Shown here: piece after piece, positions 1 to 8,408 of the stretch
Layout of the letters: every line of letters starts with the position of its first letter
Position numbering within the stretch: position 1 is the first letter of the stretch
Source: Bacilli bacterium
GTDB taxonomy: Bacteria; Bacillota_I; Bacilli_A; ML615J-28; CAG-698
Length of the DNA: 64,000 nt
Assembly: GCA_031553555.1 (NCBI GenBank)
Contig: JAVBLL010000002.1
Location: forward strand, 17,738 to 81,737
Reading direction: 5' to 3'
The notes under the pieces: generated by a model
Told to the model about the DNA's origin: nothing
The model's input: the letters and a program-made list of their open reading frames with translations, nothing else
Databases searched by the model: none
Program-made: the position numbers and the translations under genes

Positions 1-301
1 ACAGCAAAGATTATGTATAGCTAGGGCACTAGCAATTGAGCCTAGAATTATTTTGATGGATGAACCAACTAGTGCACTAGACCCCATTTCAACAAATAAA
101 ATTGAAGAATTACTAGAGCATTTGAAGAAACAATATACTATAGTAATTGTAACTCATAATATGCAACAAGCAACGAGAATATCAGATAGAACTGCTTTCT
201 TCCTCTTAGGAGAACTTTTAGAATATGGAAAAACAGAAGAAGTATTTTCAATGCCTAAAAATAAAAAATGTGAAGACTACATTACAGGTCGTTTTGGATA
301 A
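1..301 (+). CDS. pstB: phosphate ABC transporter ATP-binding protein PstB, C-terminal fragment (5' end outside window)
   Basis: Translation ...[10 protein letters not shown]...[19 protein letters not shown]...GELLEYG shows Walker B/D-loop, H-loop and the PstB-type C-terminus. It is followed directly by phoU. Confidence 0.8.
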   Translation, partial: QQRLCIARALAIEPRIILMDEPTSALDPISTNKIEELLEHLKKQYTIVIVTHNMQQATRISDRTAFFLLGELLEYGKTEEVFSMPKNKKCEDYITGRFG

Positions 302-310
302 GAGGTAAAT

Positions 311-973
311 ATGACAACAAGAAGTAAATTTGAACAAGAATTAAACGAACTTAATATAAAAGTTATTAGGATGGCAAGTTTTATTGAAAACAATCTCAAT
401 GATACGGTTGAAGCTTTAATAATGAGTAGTAAAGAACTAGCGATGAAAGTAATTGATAATGAAGAGCAAATAGATATTATGGCAACTGAAATTGAAAGCA
501 TTGCTCTAAAGATTATTTTAAAACAGCAACCAGTTGCAAGAGATTTACGACTTATTACGGCAGTTTTGAAGATTGTTACAGATATCGCTCGAATTGGCAA
601 TCAATCAAAAGATATTTGTGATTTAGTTGAAACTTTATTTGAAGTGAATTATATTATTAAAGATGATGATTTAGTAAAAATGACTAATATAACTAAAAAT
701 ATGGTTAGTATGAGTATAAATAGTTTTAGTGATATGAATTTAGAATTAGCATATGAAATTACAAAAATGGACGATATTGTTGATAAATTATTTGTACAAG
801 TTAAGGAAAATATGATACAATTAATACAAAGAAATACTTTGCGAGGTGATTTGGCAATTTACATTATGATGATAGCCAAATACTTAGAAAAAATTGCTGA
901 TCATGCAGAAAACATTGCTGAATGGGTAATTTTTTGTCAAGCGGGTGTTCATAAAAATATTAAAATACTGTGA
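311..973 (+). CDS. phoU: phosphate transport system regulator PhoU
   Basis: 220 aa, acidic helical protein. It sits immediately after pstB with an RBS 'agaggtaaat' before the ATG, and the length and pattern are PhoU-like. Confidence 0.8.
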   Translation: MTTRSKFEQELNELNIKVIRMASFIENNLNDTVEALIMSSKELAMKVIDNEEQIDIMATEIESIALKIILKQQPVARDLRLITAVLKIVTDIARIGNQSKDICDLVETLFEVNYIIKDDDLVKMTNITKNMVSMSINSFSDMNLELAYEITKMDDIVDKLFVQVKENMIQLIQRNTLRGDLAIYIMMIAKYLEKIADHAENIAEWVIFCQAGVHKNIKIL

Positions 974-979
974 GGTTAT

Positions 980-1669
980 ATGCAATCAAAGTTAATATAT
1001 AATGTTGAAGATGATGAAAATATTCGTGAACTAGTCAAGTATGCTCTCCAAAATGAGGGTTATGAAGTAATCAGTTTTGAGACTGCGGAAAATATGATAA
1101 AAGCTCTAAAAACAAAAATTCCTGAGTTAATTATTTTGGATATCATGCTTCCTGAAATGGATGGCATTGAGGCTTTAAAAATAATACGTCAAGAATATAA
1201 AGAAATCAATTTGCGAATTATTATGCTTACTGCAAAAAATAGTGAAATAAATAAAATTAGTGGTCTAGATTCAGGGGCCGATGATTATATTACAAAACCA
1301 TTTTCGGTTTTAGAGCTAGTTGCTAGGGTTAAGGCAAACCTTCGAAAATATAATGTTGAAATTAAAAATGAAGTTTTGGTTTTTCAAAAACTAAATGTTT
1401 ATTTACAAAGTCGAGATGTCTACCTTGATAATGAAAAAATTGATTTAACTTTAAAAGAGTTTGAATTATTAATAGTTTTATTAAAAAATGTTAATAGCAT
1501 TGTATCTAGAGATATTTTATTCAATGACGTTTGGGGATATGATGTGGCTTTAGAAACCAGAACTTTGGACATACATATTAATCAGTTACGAACTAAATTG
1601 AAAGAATATGGTAAAAATATTATTACAGCTCGTGGAGTTGGTTATGGGATTAAGGAACAATCAGTATGA
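980..1669 (+). CDS. OmpR-family response regulator (PhoP-like by context)
   Basis: Receiver motifs (DD..., ILDIMLPEMDG, LTAK) plus a winged-helix C-terminus (...LRTKL...). Stop overlaps the kinase start (ATGA). Confidence 0.85.
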   Translation: MQSKLIYNVEDDENIRELVKYALQNEGYEVISFETAENMIKALKTKIPELIILDIMLPEMDGIEALKIIRQEYKEINLRIIMLTAKNSEINKISGLDSGADDYITKPFSVLELVARVKANLRKYNVEIKNEVLVFQKLNVYLQSRDVYLDNEKIDLTLKEFELLIVLLKNVNSIVSRDILFNDVWGYDVALETRTLDIHINQLRTKLKEYGKNIITARGVGYGIKEQSV

Positions 1670-3369
1670 AAAAAGCAATTGCCAGAAAAATATTCTTGAT
1701 AACTTGTTGTACATTAATAGCATTTTTTCTGTGCACCATTGTTATTGTTCAAGAAATAAATAAAAAATCAGCTGAAAAAAATGCTATTATTATGGTTGAT
1801 ATGCTTGAAGAACAGATTGTTCAAAATAAAATTATTAATTTTGATAATCTTGTTAAGCAGACTGATCATAATAAAACCCTTAGAATTACTGTCATAGATA
1901 TGAATGGTTTTGTTCTTAATGATTCAAAAGAAGAAAATAGTACTTCGATGGAAAACCATTTAAATCGAAGCGAAATAAAACAAGTATTAGATGGAAAAGA
2001 TTATGGAAAAGATATACGCACCTCCACTACCTATAAAATTAAATATATTTATATCGCTAGATTAGTTGTATTTGATGAAGTGAAAGTGATAATTAGGGTT
2101 GCCATTGCAATACAAACCATTAATAGTTATTTACTTGGTTCAATTCTTTTTATGATTTTAATCCTAATAGCAGTCGTTTTTATGGTTGGTTATTTTTCAC
2201 AATCCATTGCTATTAATATATTAAAACCAATGGAAATTATTAAAAATCAAATGATTAACTTACGTTTAAATCAAAAAATTGATGAATCTCCAATTACTAA
2301 ATATGATGAACTCAACGCTATTTTAGGAGAAATAGATTTAATGAGTCTAAGTTTAGTGACTTTACTTGAAAATTATGAAAAAGAAAAAAACAAACTAAAA
2401 ATAATTATTGAAAATATCAACCAAGGAATAATAGCTCTTAACACACAAAATGATATCGTGTTAATCAATGATTATGCGACTTTCTTATTAGATATATCGG
2501 TAGAACGACAAAGAAATATTGAAGCAATTATTCGAAATAAAAATTTTTTAGATAATGTTTTAAAAAATATTGAAATACAAGAATATATTACCTTTGATAT
2601 TGAAGAAAATTCTCGAACTTTGGAAGTCAGATTATTTAGTGTGGATTCAGTTGATATAAAAAAAGCAATTGTTTTAATGGACGTGACTGATTTGAGAAAA
2701 TTAGAGATTGCTAAAAAAGAATTTTTTCAAAATGCAAGTCATGAACTTAACACACCGTTAACTTCTATATTAGGCTATTCGGAATTATTAATGCAAAATA
2801 AAGACTATAATGAAGATTTTGTTGTTGTTATAAATAAAGAAGCAAGTCGTATGAAAAATTTAATTGCTGATATGTTGAAAATTTCAGAATTGGAAGATAC
2901 TGCAGAAGTAATTTATGAAGAAATTGATTTGATGGAAATAGTAGAGCATGTGGTTTTGTCAAATCAACTAAAAGCTCAAGAAAATAATATTGATATCCAT
3001 TTAAATTTGGAACACGGTAAAATAAATGCAGATAGAGAAAAGATAATTGAAGTAGTAAATAATCTTTTGGATAATGCTTTGAAATATTCTAATGTTAATA
3101 CTAATATATATATATTAGTCAAGCAACAAAAAAATAAAATAATCTTCCGTATTAGGGATGAAGGAATTGGGATTCCTAATGCCTACCTTCATCGTGTTTT
3201 TGAACGATTTTTCCGGGTTGACAGAGGTCGAAGCCGCAAAGTTGGAGGTACTGGCCTAGGTCTTGCAATTGTAAAACATATTTGTAATTTATATAAAGCT
3301 CAATTATCAATTAGTAGTATTGAAGGAAAAGGCACAGAGATTAATATTATTTTCAATAAAATTAAATAA
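1666..3369 (+). CDS. sensor histidine kinase (PhoR-like by context)
   Basis: N-terminal TM segments and a PAS-like middle. H-box FFQNASHELNTPLTS; N, G1, G2 boxes (NLLDNALKYS, RDEGIGIP, GGTGLGLAIVK). Confidence 0.85.
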   Translation: MKKAIARKIFLITCCTLIAFFLCTIVIVQEINKKSAEKNAIIMVDMLEEQIVQNKIINFDNLVKQTDHNKTLRITVIDMNGFVLNDSKEENSTSMENHLNRSEIKQVLDGKDYGKDIRTSTTYKIKYIYIARLVVFDEVKVIIRVAIAIQTINSYLLGSILFMILILIAVVFMVGYFSQSIAINILKPMEIIKNQMINLRLNQKIDESPITKYDELNAILGEIDLMSLSLVTLLENYEKEKNKLKIIIENINQGIIALNTQNDIVLINDYATFLLDISVERQRNIEAIIRNKNFLDNVLKNIEIQEYITFDIEENSRTLEVRLFSVDSVDIKKAIVLMDVTDLRKLEIAKKEFFQNASHELNTPLTSILGYSELLMQNKDYNEDFVVVINKEASRMKNLIADMLKISELEDTAEVIYEEIDLMEIVEHVVLSNQLKAQENNIDIHLNLEHGKINADREKIIEVVNNLLDNALKYSNVNTNIYILVKQQKNKIIFRIRDEGIGIPNAYLHRVFERFFRVDRGRSRKVGGTGLGLAIVKHICNLYKAQLSISSIEGKGTEINIIFNKIK

Positions 3370-3413
3370 AAAAATACTACATCAATACAAATATATTGAT
3401 GTAGTATTTTTTA
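3367..3413. terminator. bidirectional intrinsic terminator between convergent genes
   Basis: 14-bp perfect stem atactacatcaata/tattgatgtagtat (3374-3407) with a 6-nt loop, flanked by an A-run upstream and a T-run downstream. Confidence 0.75.
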
Positions 3414-4157
3414 ATATATTTCTTCAACATAATTTACATAATCAAGTTTTTTTATTTCTTCAACAGCAGATAATCTCGCTTTTTCATCTGCCCTATTAAT
3501 CAGTTTCAATTGCACTATACTAACGGTATAAACGCTTAGTCCTGAATTCTCATAAGCGGCATTGCGTTCTATGGAACGGATTTTCATATTGTGCTCTCTG
3601 GCATAAGCGACAAATGATTTTAAATCAGTACGTGATTGCAATTCTAAATGCAATCGAGAACTACTACTATATTTTGTGAAGAAGTTTTCAATGGGCGGTA
3701 AAAATAACATAACGATGAAGATAAGCATGAATCCCATAATGGCTAGAGTATAGAAACCAATACCTATGCTTAACCCTAAACATGCACATGCCCATAATCC
3801 AGCAGCAGTGGTTAACCCTTTAATTTGATTGCGGGAAGTTACTAAAATAGTCCCAGCTCCTAAAAAACCAATTCCACTGATTACCTGGGCACCAAAACGA
3901 GATACATCTCCAGCTCCAAAACTTTCAAAAATAAATTGATTAGTTATCATTGCAATTGCAGACCCCATACAAACAAGAATATAAGTTCTTAATCCAGCTT
4001 CATGTCTTTTGGCTGCGCGTTCAATACCAACAATTCCACTACAAATTATTGCTAGTAGTAATCTTAAGAAAATGCTAAATATATTTATTTCGGCTAACCA
4101 ATCACCAGCAAGTTTAACTATAGGATCAATTGTTCTATTTATTTCTAAAAAAAGCAT
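3411..4157 (-). CDS. MgtC/SapB-family membrane protein
   Basis: MgtC N-domain signature ...LAGDWLAE...IERAAKRHEAGLRTYILVCMGSA... plus a C-terminal ACT-like soluble part. Start chosen at the internal ATG (MLFLEI) preceded by aaaggac; the ORF extends to 4190. Confidence 0.75.
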   Translation of the reverse strand: MLFLEINRTIDPIVKLAGDWLAEINIFSIFLRLLLAIICSGIVGIERAAKRHEAGLRTYILVCMGSAIAMITNQFIFESFGAGDVSRFGAQVISGIGFLGAGTILVTSRNQIKGLTTAAGLWACACLGLSIGIGFYTLAIMGFMLIFIVMLFLPPIENFFTKYSSSSRLHLELQSRTDLKSFVAYAREHNMKIRSIERNAAYENSGLSVYTVSIVQLKLINRADEKARLSAVEEIKKLDYVNYVEEIY

Positions 4158-4246
4158 ATTGTCTGTCCTTTCTTTTTGTTTATAATTCATTATATCATAA
4201 AATGTCGATAAATGAAAGTGTTTACAAAATTTTATGTTTTAAAATA

Positions 4247-4819
4247 TTATGGAGTGACATTAGTTTTAATAATACTAAAATCATTATCTTTATATGATAA
4301 ATAGTTCATTGAACAATTATATATAATATCACTAAACTTACGTCTACTATCTAAAAAAGTTAATGCAGCTTTAATAGTATGAGAATGGGCAACAATCATA
4401 ATTTTTTGCTCATTAGTATTTTTAATAATGCTCATTATTTCATTCATAACACGAGTTTGAATTTCTATGTCTGTTTCAGCACCATGAATTTGATTATTTG
4501 CTAATTTTATAAATGTTTCTTCACAAACAGGAGTACCCTCAGCATCCCCAAAATTGCGCTCAAGAAAAGCAGAACTTTTAATTATATCTTTTTGATAATT
4601 GATATATGATGCAATTATTTTAGCAGTATCATAGGCTCTATCTAGTGTACTTGAATAGATAATATCCCATTTTGAATCGTTTGCGTTTAAATAAATACCA
4701 GTAGTTTTGGCCTGTTCTCTACCATTATCATTTAATTGATGGTTTTGTTGACCTTGAATTAATGATAACTTGTTGATATCGGTTTGACCGTGTCGAATAA
4801 AGCAGATAATTTTTTCCAT
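4247..4819 (-). CDS. histidine phosphatase (phosphoglycerate-mutase-like) family protein
   Basis: N-terminal catalytic motif FIRHGQTD and a C-terminal AHSHTIKA (His). Confidence 0.75.
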   Translation of the reverse strand: MEKIICFIRHGQTDINKLSLIQGQQNHQLNDNGREQAKTTGIYLNANDSKWDIIYSSTLDRAYDTAKIIASYINYQKDIIKSSAFLERNFGDAEGTPVCEETFIKLANNQIHGAETDIEIQTRVMNEIMSIIKNTNEQKIMIVAHSHTIKAALTFLDSRRKFSDIIYNCSMNYLSYKDNDFSIIKTNVTP

Positions 4820-4910
4820 GTCTTTCTCCTAATATGTAAAATATTATACCACAAAAACAAAAATTATGGTATAATTAATTAAATAAAAGAAAAGTGATGA
4901 AGGCGGGTTT

Positions 4911-6212
4911 ATGAGAACTGTTGATATTATTACTAAAAAAAGACAAGGTTATGCATTGACAAATGAGGAAATCCATTTTGTAATTGCTGGATATGTAAAT
5001 GGAGATATTCCTGACTATCAAATGAGTGCTTTATTAATGACCATTTGTTTTAATGGATTAAATAGCGAAGAACAAGTAGCATTAACCAAAGAAATGCTAG
5101 AAAGCGGAGAACAAATAGACCTATCACCGGTTAAGGGGATTTGTGTGGATAAACACTCAACAGGTGGGGTTGGAGATAAAACAACGCTGGTAGTGGCACC
5201 AATACTAGCTGCTTGTGGTTTAAAAGTAGCGAAGATGAGCGGAAGAGGACTTGGACATACTGGTGGAACTTTAGATAAATTGGAATCAATTCCTGGATTT
5301 TCTATCAATATAAAGAGTGAAGATTTTTTTAAGCAAGTAGAAGAGATCTCATTAGCTGTCATTGGACAAACAGCCAACATTACCCCAGCAGATAAAAAAT
5401 TATATGCACTTCGTGATGTTACTGGAACAGTTGATTCCGTTGGGCTTATTGCTGGATCAATAATGTCTAAAAAACTTGCCAGTGGTGCTAAATCAATTTT
5501 ACTAGATGTAAAAGTTGGTGATGGAGCTTTTATGAAAACCTTAGATGATGCTTACGTTTTAGCAAACGCTATGGTTGATATTGGTAAATCGTACAATCGT
5601 GATATGGTAGCAATACTGACCAATATGGATGAGCCACTTGGAAATATGGTTGGTAATAGTATAGAAGTAATAGAAGCCATTGAAACTTTAAAAGGCAAAG
5701 GGCCAAAAACATTTGAATTATTTTGCTATGAGTTAGTTAGTGAATTATTATTAGCAACAAACACAGTAAATAATAAAGAAGATGCTTTTAAATTGATTGA
5801 AGAAAAGATAAATAATGGTATTGCTTTAGAAAAATTAAAACAAATGATTTCATATCAACATGGAGATACAAATGTTTTAGATGACTATTCATTATTTCCT
5901 CAAGCTAAATACAAGGTTCTAGTAAAATCTACTAAAGTCGGTTATGTTAAAAGTCTTAAAGCTTTAGAAATAGGCTTAAGTGCAATGATGCTAGGAGCTG
6001 GCAGGGAAAGTAAAGATGATAAAATCGATTTGGCAGTGGGTGTAGAGGTTCTAAAAAAAGTTGGATCCTATATTAATACAGATGAACCAATTGCTATCCT
6101 TTATTCCAATGGACGTAACCAACAAAATGCATATGATAAAGTCTTAAATGCATTTGAAATTGTTGATGAAATAATTGAACCACGTCCTATCGTTTTAGGT
6201 ATTGTGAAATAA
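4911..6212 (+). CDS. pdp: pyrimidine-nucleoside (thymidine) phosphorylase
   Basis: 433 aa with KHSTGGVGDKTTL, SGRGLGHTGGTLDKLE and the C-terminal alpha/beta domain. Extended -10 TGgTATAAT upstream. Confidence 0.85.
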   Translation: MRTVDIITKKRQGYALTNEEIHFVIAGYVNGDIPDYQMSALLMTICFNGLNSEEQVALTKEMLESGEQIDLSPVKGICVDKHSTGGVGDKTTLVVAPILAACGLKVAKMSGRGLGHTGGTLDKLESIPGFSINIKSEDFFKQVEEISLAVIGQTANITPADKKLYALRDVTGTVDSVGLIAGSIMSKKLASGAKSILLDVKVGDGAFMKTLDDAYVLANAMVDIGKSYNRDMVAILTNMDEPLGNMVGNSIEVIEAIETLKGKGPKTFELFCYELVSELLLATNTVNNKEDAFKLIEEKINNGIALEKLKQMISYQHGDTNVLDDYSLFPQAKYKVLVKSTKVGYVKSLKALEIGLSAMMLGAGRESKDDKIDLAVGVEVLKKVGSYINTDEPIAILYSNGRNQQNAYDKVLNAFEIVDEIIEPRPIVLGIVK

Positions 6213-6266
6213 TAAATTTTACTTGCTTTTTTATGAATTATATAGTAAAATAAGTAAGTATAAATT

Positions 6267-6351
6267 GCCACTGTGTTGAAACAGGTAGACAAACTTGACT
6301 CAAAATCAAGCGCTGAAAGGCGTGCCGGTTCGAATCCGGCCAGTGGCACCA
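6267..6351 (+). tRNA. tRNA-Leu (anticodon CAA), class II with long variable arm, CCA encoded
   Basis: Cloverleaf read by hand. Acceptor GCCACTG/CAGTGGC, 3-bp D stem, anticodon stem CTTGA/TCAAG with loop CTCAAAA (anticodon CAA), 13-nt variable arm, T-arm GCCGG-TTCGAAT-CCGGC, discriminator A then CCA. Confidence 0.9.
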
Positions 6352-6363
6352 TAAGATGATTAT

Positions 6364-6397
6364 AGGTCTGACACAGTTGTGTCAGACCTATTTTATT
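6364..6397 (+). terminator. intrinsic terminator after tRNA-Leu
   Basis: 12-bp stem aggtctgacaca/tgtgtcagacct with a 2-nt loop, followed by attttatttg. Confidence 0.8.
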
Positions 6398-6619
6398 TGC
6401 ATTTTTAGCCTAAAATAACCGAATTCCCAGAGCTTTCGTTTTTTGCATCATTATCTATATTCTTAGGGCTGATTCGTCGAAAGTCAAAGGATCTTTGTTA
6501 GTTTTTTACCTTATTATAAATCTTAAGCAAGCGACAAATTGTTTCTAAAATAAAATCCATCCTCTCTTTTTATCAAGAAAAAACAATCTATTTAAATTCC
6601 TTCAAAACTATAATTATTT

Positions 6620-7792
6620 TTAGTTATTTGGTAATTTCCCACAATATTCAAATATTAAGTCAAGTTTACTATCAATATTTGCCTTCGCAATTTCGGTAAG
6701 ACGCAAATGTGATTTCTGGTGATGTACTACGTACGGGTTCTTGCCTGAATCTTGTGTCGCTGCATAAAAATATCGTCCTAAGTCGTCAATCATTGCTTTA
6801 ACTAATATCCCATTTCCTATTGTAGTATCAATATGTTTAAAATCACGCACTTTGCAGTAGTATGAATATTTATCCATCCAAGGATATTCTAATTTCATTG
6901 TTTGGTCAGCTTCTTGAGCAGTGCTATCGAATATACCACAACCAACAATGTGTTGAGTGGGCTTGCCTCTTTCATCTATGCTCACAACAGCCATGTAGAA
7001 CTGTTCTCCTAACCTAATGCTCGGCATGCCTTTTTTAAATGGAAATGCAGTAATCATTTGGCCTTGCCAAATCGTAGGCTTATATCTCTCTGATGGTTTT
7101 GATCTACTATCAGCAGATTCCTCAAATTTTAACCAAATTCTATTTATAGAATGTGATAATGGCATTAATGATTGCGGTGCAGTATTTTGAGCTGATGTAG
7201 AAATAGGAGAACTATGCACTTTAACGGTTGACGGTGGCTCTGCACCCCATTTCTCAGTAGGCTCATATGGTTCTTCAAAGGGCTTTTCATTTTGAACTTT
7301 ATTTTTAACCTTGTCTATCATTTCGTCTATTCGGGATGCCAAGATCTCAAAACTTGGATTTGTTATTCGATATAAATTCTGAAAGAATTCAATAAGCTCA
7401 CGAACCAACTGTGGATCTTCCTGAATAAACAATGATAATTCATTATTATAATGAAAACCACCAGATGTAAAATTAGCAGAACCAACGATTGCAGAAGTAT
7501 CATCAAAAATGTAAAGTTTTGTATGAAGTTTTTTTAATGCATACAAACCGATATTTGCATTTTTTAAATCTCTCAGTCCTTCAATACAACTTACTCCCTT
7601 GTAAAAATCACTATCATAAAAGCGTGTGATTACATCAACTTGTATAGACTGATTTAACAGTTTCGTTTTACATAATAAATCTGTCATCTCCTTTCCCAAG
7701 AAAGGAGATATGATTTTTATACTGCTATTTACAGAAGCAAAAAGATTCGTTATGATTTGAAAATGATTATTTGAAACAACAGAAATATACAT
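6620..7792 (-). CDS. PLD/HKD-superfamily nuclease-like protein with uncharacterised ~200 aa C-terminal domain
   Basis: 390 aa. One HxK(x4)D motif plus a GSxN motif (residues 90-109: HTKLYIFDDTSAIVGSANFT) after an ~85 aa N-terminal region. An acidic/proline linker follows, then an aromatic-rich C-terminal domain with no motif I recognise. Own promoter and RBS (gaggtg 8 nt before ATG). Confidence 0.6.
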   Translation of the reverse strand: MYISVVSNNHFQIITNLFASVNSSIKIISPFLGKEMTDLLCKTKLLNQSIQVDVITRFYDSDFYKGVSCIEGLRDLKNANIGLYALKKLHTKLYIFDDTSAIVGSANFTSGGFHYNNELSLFIQEDPQLVRELIEFFQNLYRITNPSFEILASRIDEMIDKVKNKVQNEKPFEEPYEPTEKWGAEPPSTVKVHSSPISTSAQNTAPQSLMPLSHSINRIWLKFEESADSRSKPSERYKPTIWQGQMITAFPFKKGMPSIRLGEQFYMAVVSIDERGKPTQHIVGCGIFDSTAQEADQTMKLEYPWMDKYSYYCKVRDFKHIDTTIGNGILVKAMIDDLGRYFYAATQDSGKNPYVVHHQKSHLRLTEIAKANIDSKLDLIFEYCGKLPNN

Positions 7793-7810
7793 CTATATGC
7801 ACCTCGACAA

Positions 7811-7839
7811 AATTGTATCAAAAAACTATACTTTTGTCA
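7811..7839 (-). promoter_or_regulatory. sigma-A-type promoter for the PLD-nuclease gene
   Basis: On the minus strand: TTGACA - 17 nt - TACAAT, about 20 nt upstream of the RBS/ATG at 7792. Confidence 0.6.
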
Positions 7840-7987
7840 AATTAATAGCATAGTTTTCATCACTCTCACTTTTTCTTTCCTCAAATCCCTTGAGATTTTT
7901 AATTGCCTTGTCTATTAACCGCAGAGACTTGACGCTACTAATTTTATATCAACGGTTTTAATTGTAATAATTGAATTTAAAACATAG

Positions 7988-8272
7988 TTTGGATATATTA
8001 GAAGTGATATTTTGTTGATAGCATATACAGAACGTTTTTTAAAGTCCTTCGATAAACTATCTAAAAATGAACAAGAGTTGTTTAAAAATAAAATCGATAT
8101 ATTTATTAGAAATAACCTTCACCCATTTTTAAAAACTAGCAAAATTTAAGGGAATAAAGATTAATATGAGTCTATCATTGATATGGATATAAGGATTATT
8201 TGGTTTTATGAAAATGATGAGATAATTGTATTAATTGATATTGGACATCATAATATTTTAAATAGGTATTAG
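7988..8272 (+). pseudogene. RelE/ParE-superfamily type II toxin relic; two in-frame TAA stops, no cognate antitoxin
   Basis: Single frame reads ...IAYTERFLKSFDKLSKNEQELFKNKIDIFIRNNLHPFLKTSKI*GNKD*YESIIDMDIRIIWFYENDEIIVLIDIGHHNILNRY*. TAA codons at 8147 and 8162 interrupt an otherwise typical RelE/YoeB-like sequence (HPFL..K, YRIIY-like, IGHR-like C-terminus). No ATG start. Confidence 0.6.
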
Positions 8273-8326
8273 AATATCAGAAAAAGTAGGTATACCAATA
8301 TGATTTTTGAGGATTTCAAGACAACT

Positions 8327-8358
8327 ACATTACATTAATTGATGTAATGTTTTTAAAA
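8327..8358 (+). terminator. intrinsic terminator closing the island before lplA
   Basis: 9-bp perfect stem acattacat/atgtaatgt with a 6-nt loop, followed by ttttaaaatttt. Confidence 0.6.
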
Positions 8359-8408
8359 TTTTCAAAATGTATTTAATAATTTGTAAAAATATGGTATGAT
8401 ATATACAT

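Noticed and set aside
277-600. 107 aa antisense ORF inside phoU (and similar antisense ORFs at 5018-5380, 10080-10322, 10556-10741, 13959-14159, 18910-19104, 19174-19473, 19550-19765, 22903-23163, 26459-26653, 30227-30469, 31813-32073, 36813-37224, 37750-37947, 42886-43077, 44075-44257, 44762-44971, 46060-46275, 52816-53128, 56313-56567, 56882-57064, 57553-57981, 58606-59016, 60275-60565, 61157-61790, 62544-63043)
   Set aside because: All lie fully inside strongly supported genes on the opposite strand. They lack an RBS and are low-complexity translations typical of AT-rich antisense frames.
6101-6352. 83 aa minus-strand ORF overlapping the 3' end of pdp and the whole tRNA-Leu
   Set aside because: It is antisense to a confidently structured tRNA and a conserved CDS. 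It has no RBS and its sequence is low-complexity, so it is spurious.
7793-8014. Search for an antitoxin ORF (RelB/Phd/HigA-like) adjacent to the RelE relic
   Set aside because: No ORF of more than 25 codons with antitoxin-like sequence in any frame. The region is occupied by the divergent nuclease promoter.
8300-8408. Possible glycine riboswitch upstream of lplA/gcvT
   Set aside because: The region is only a short hairpin terminator plus an extended -10 promoter. There are no aptamer-like conserved GGAGAG...ACCGAAGGGGCAA segments.
6352-8408. Integrase/recombinase or attR direct repeat of the tRNA-Leu 3' end
   Set aside because: No tyrosine- or serine-recombinase motifs in any frame. No copy of ggttcgaatccggccagtggcacca or a 15-nt subsegment found by eye downstream.
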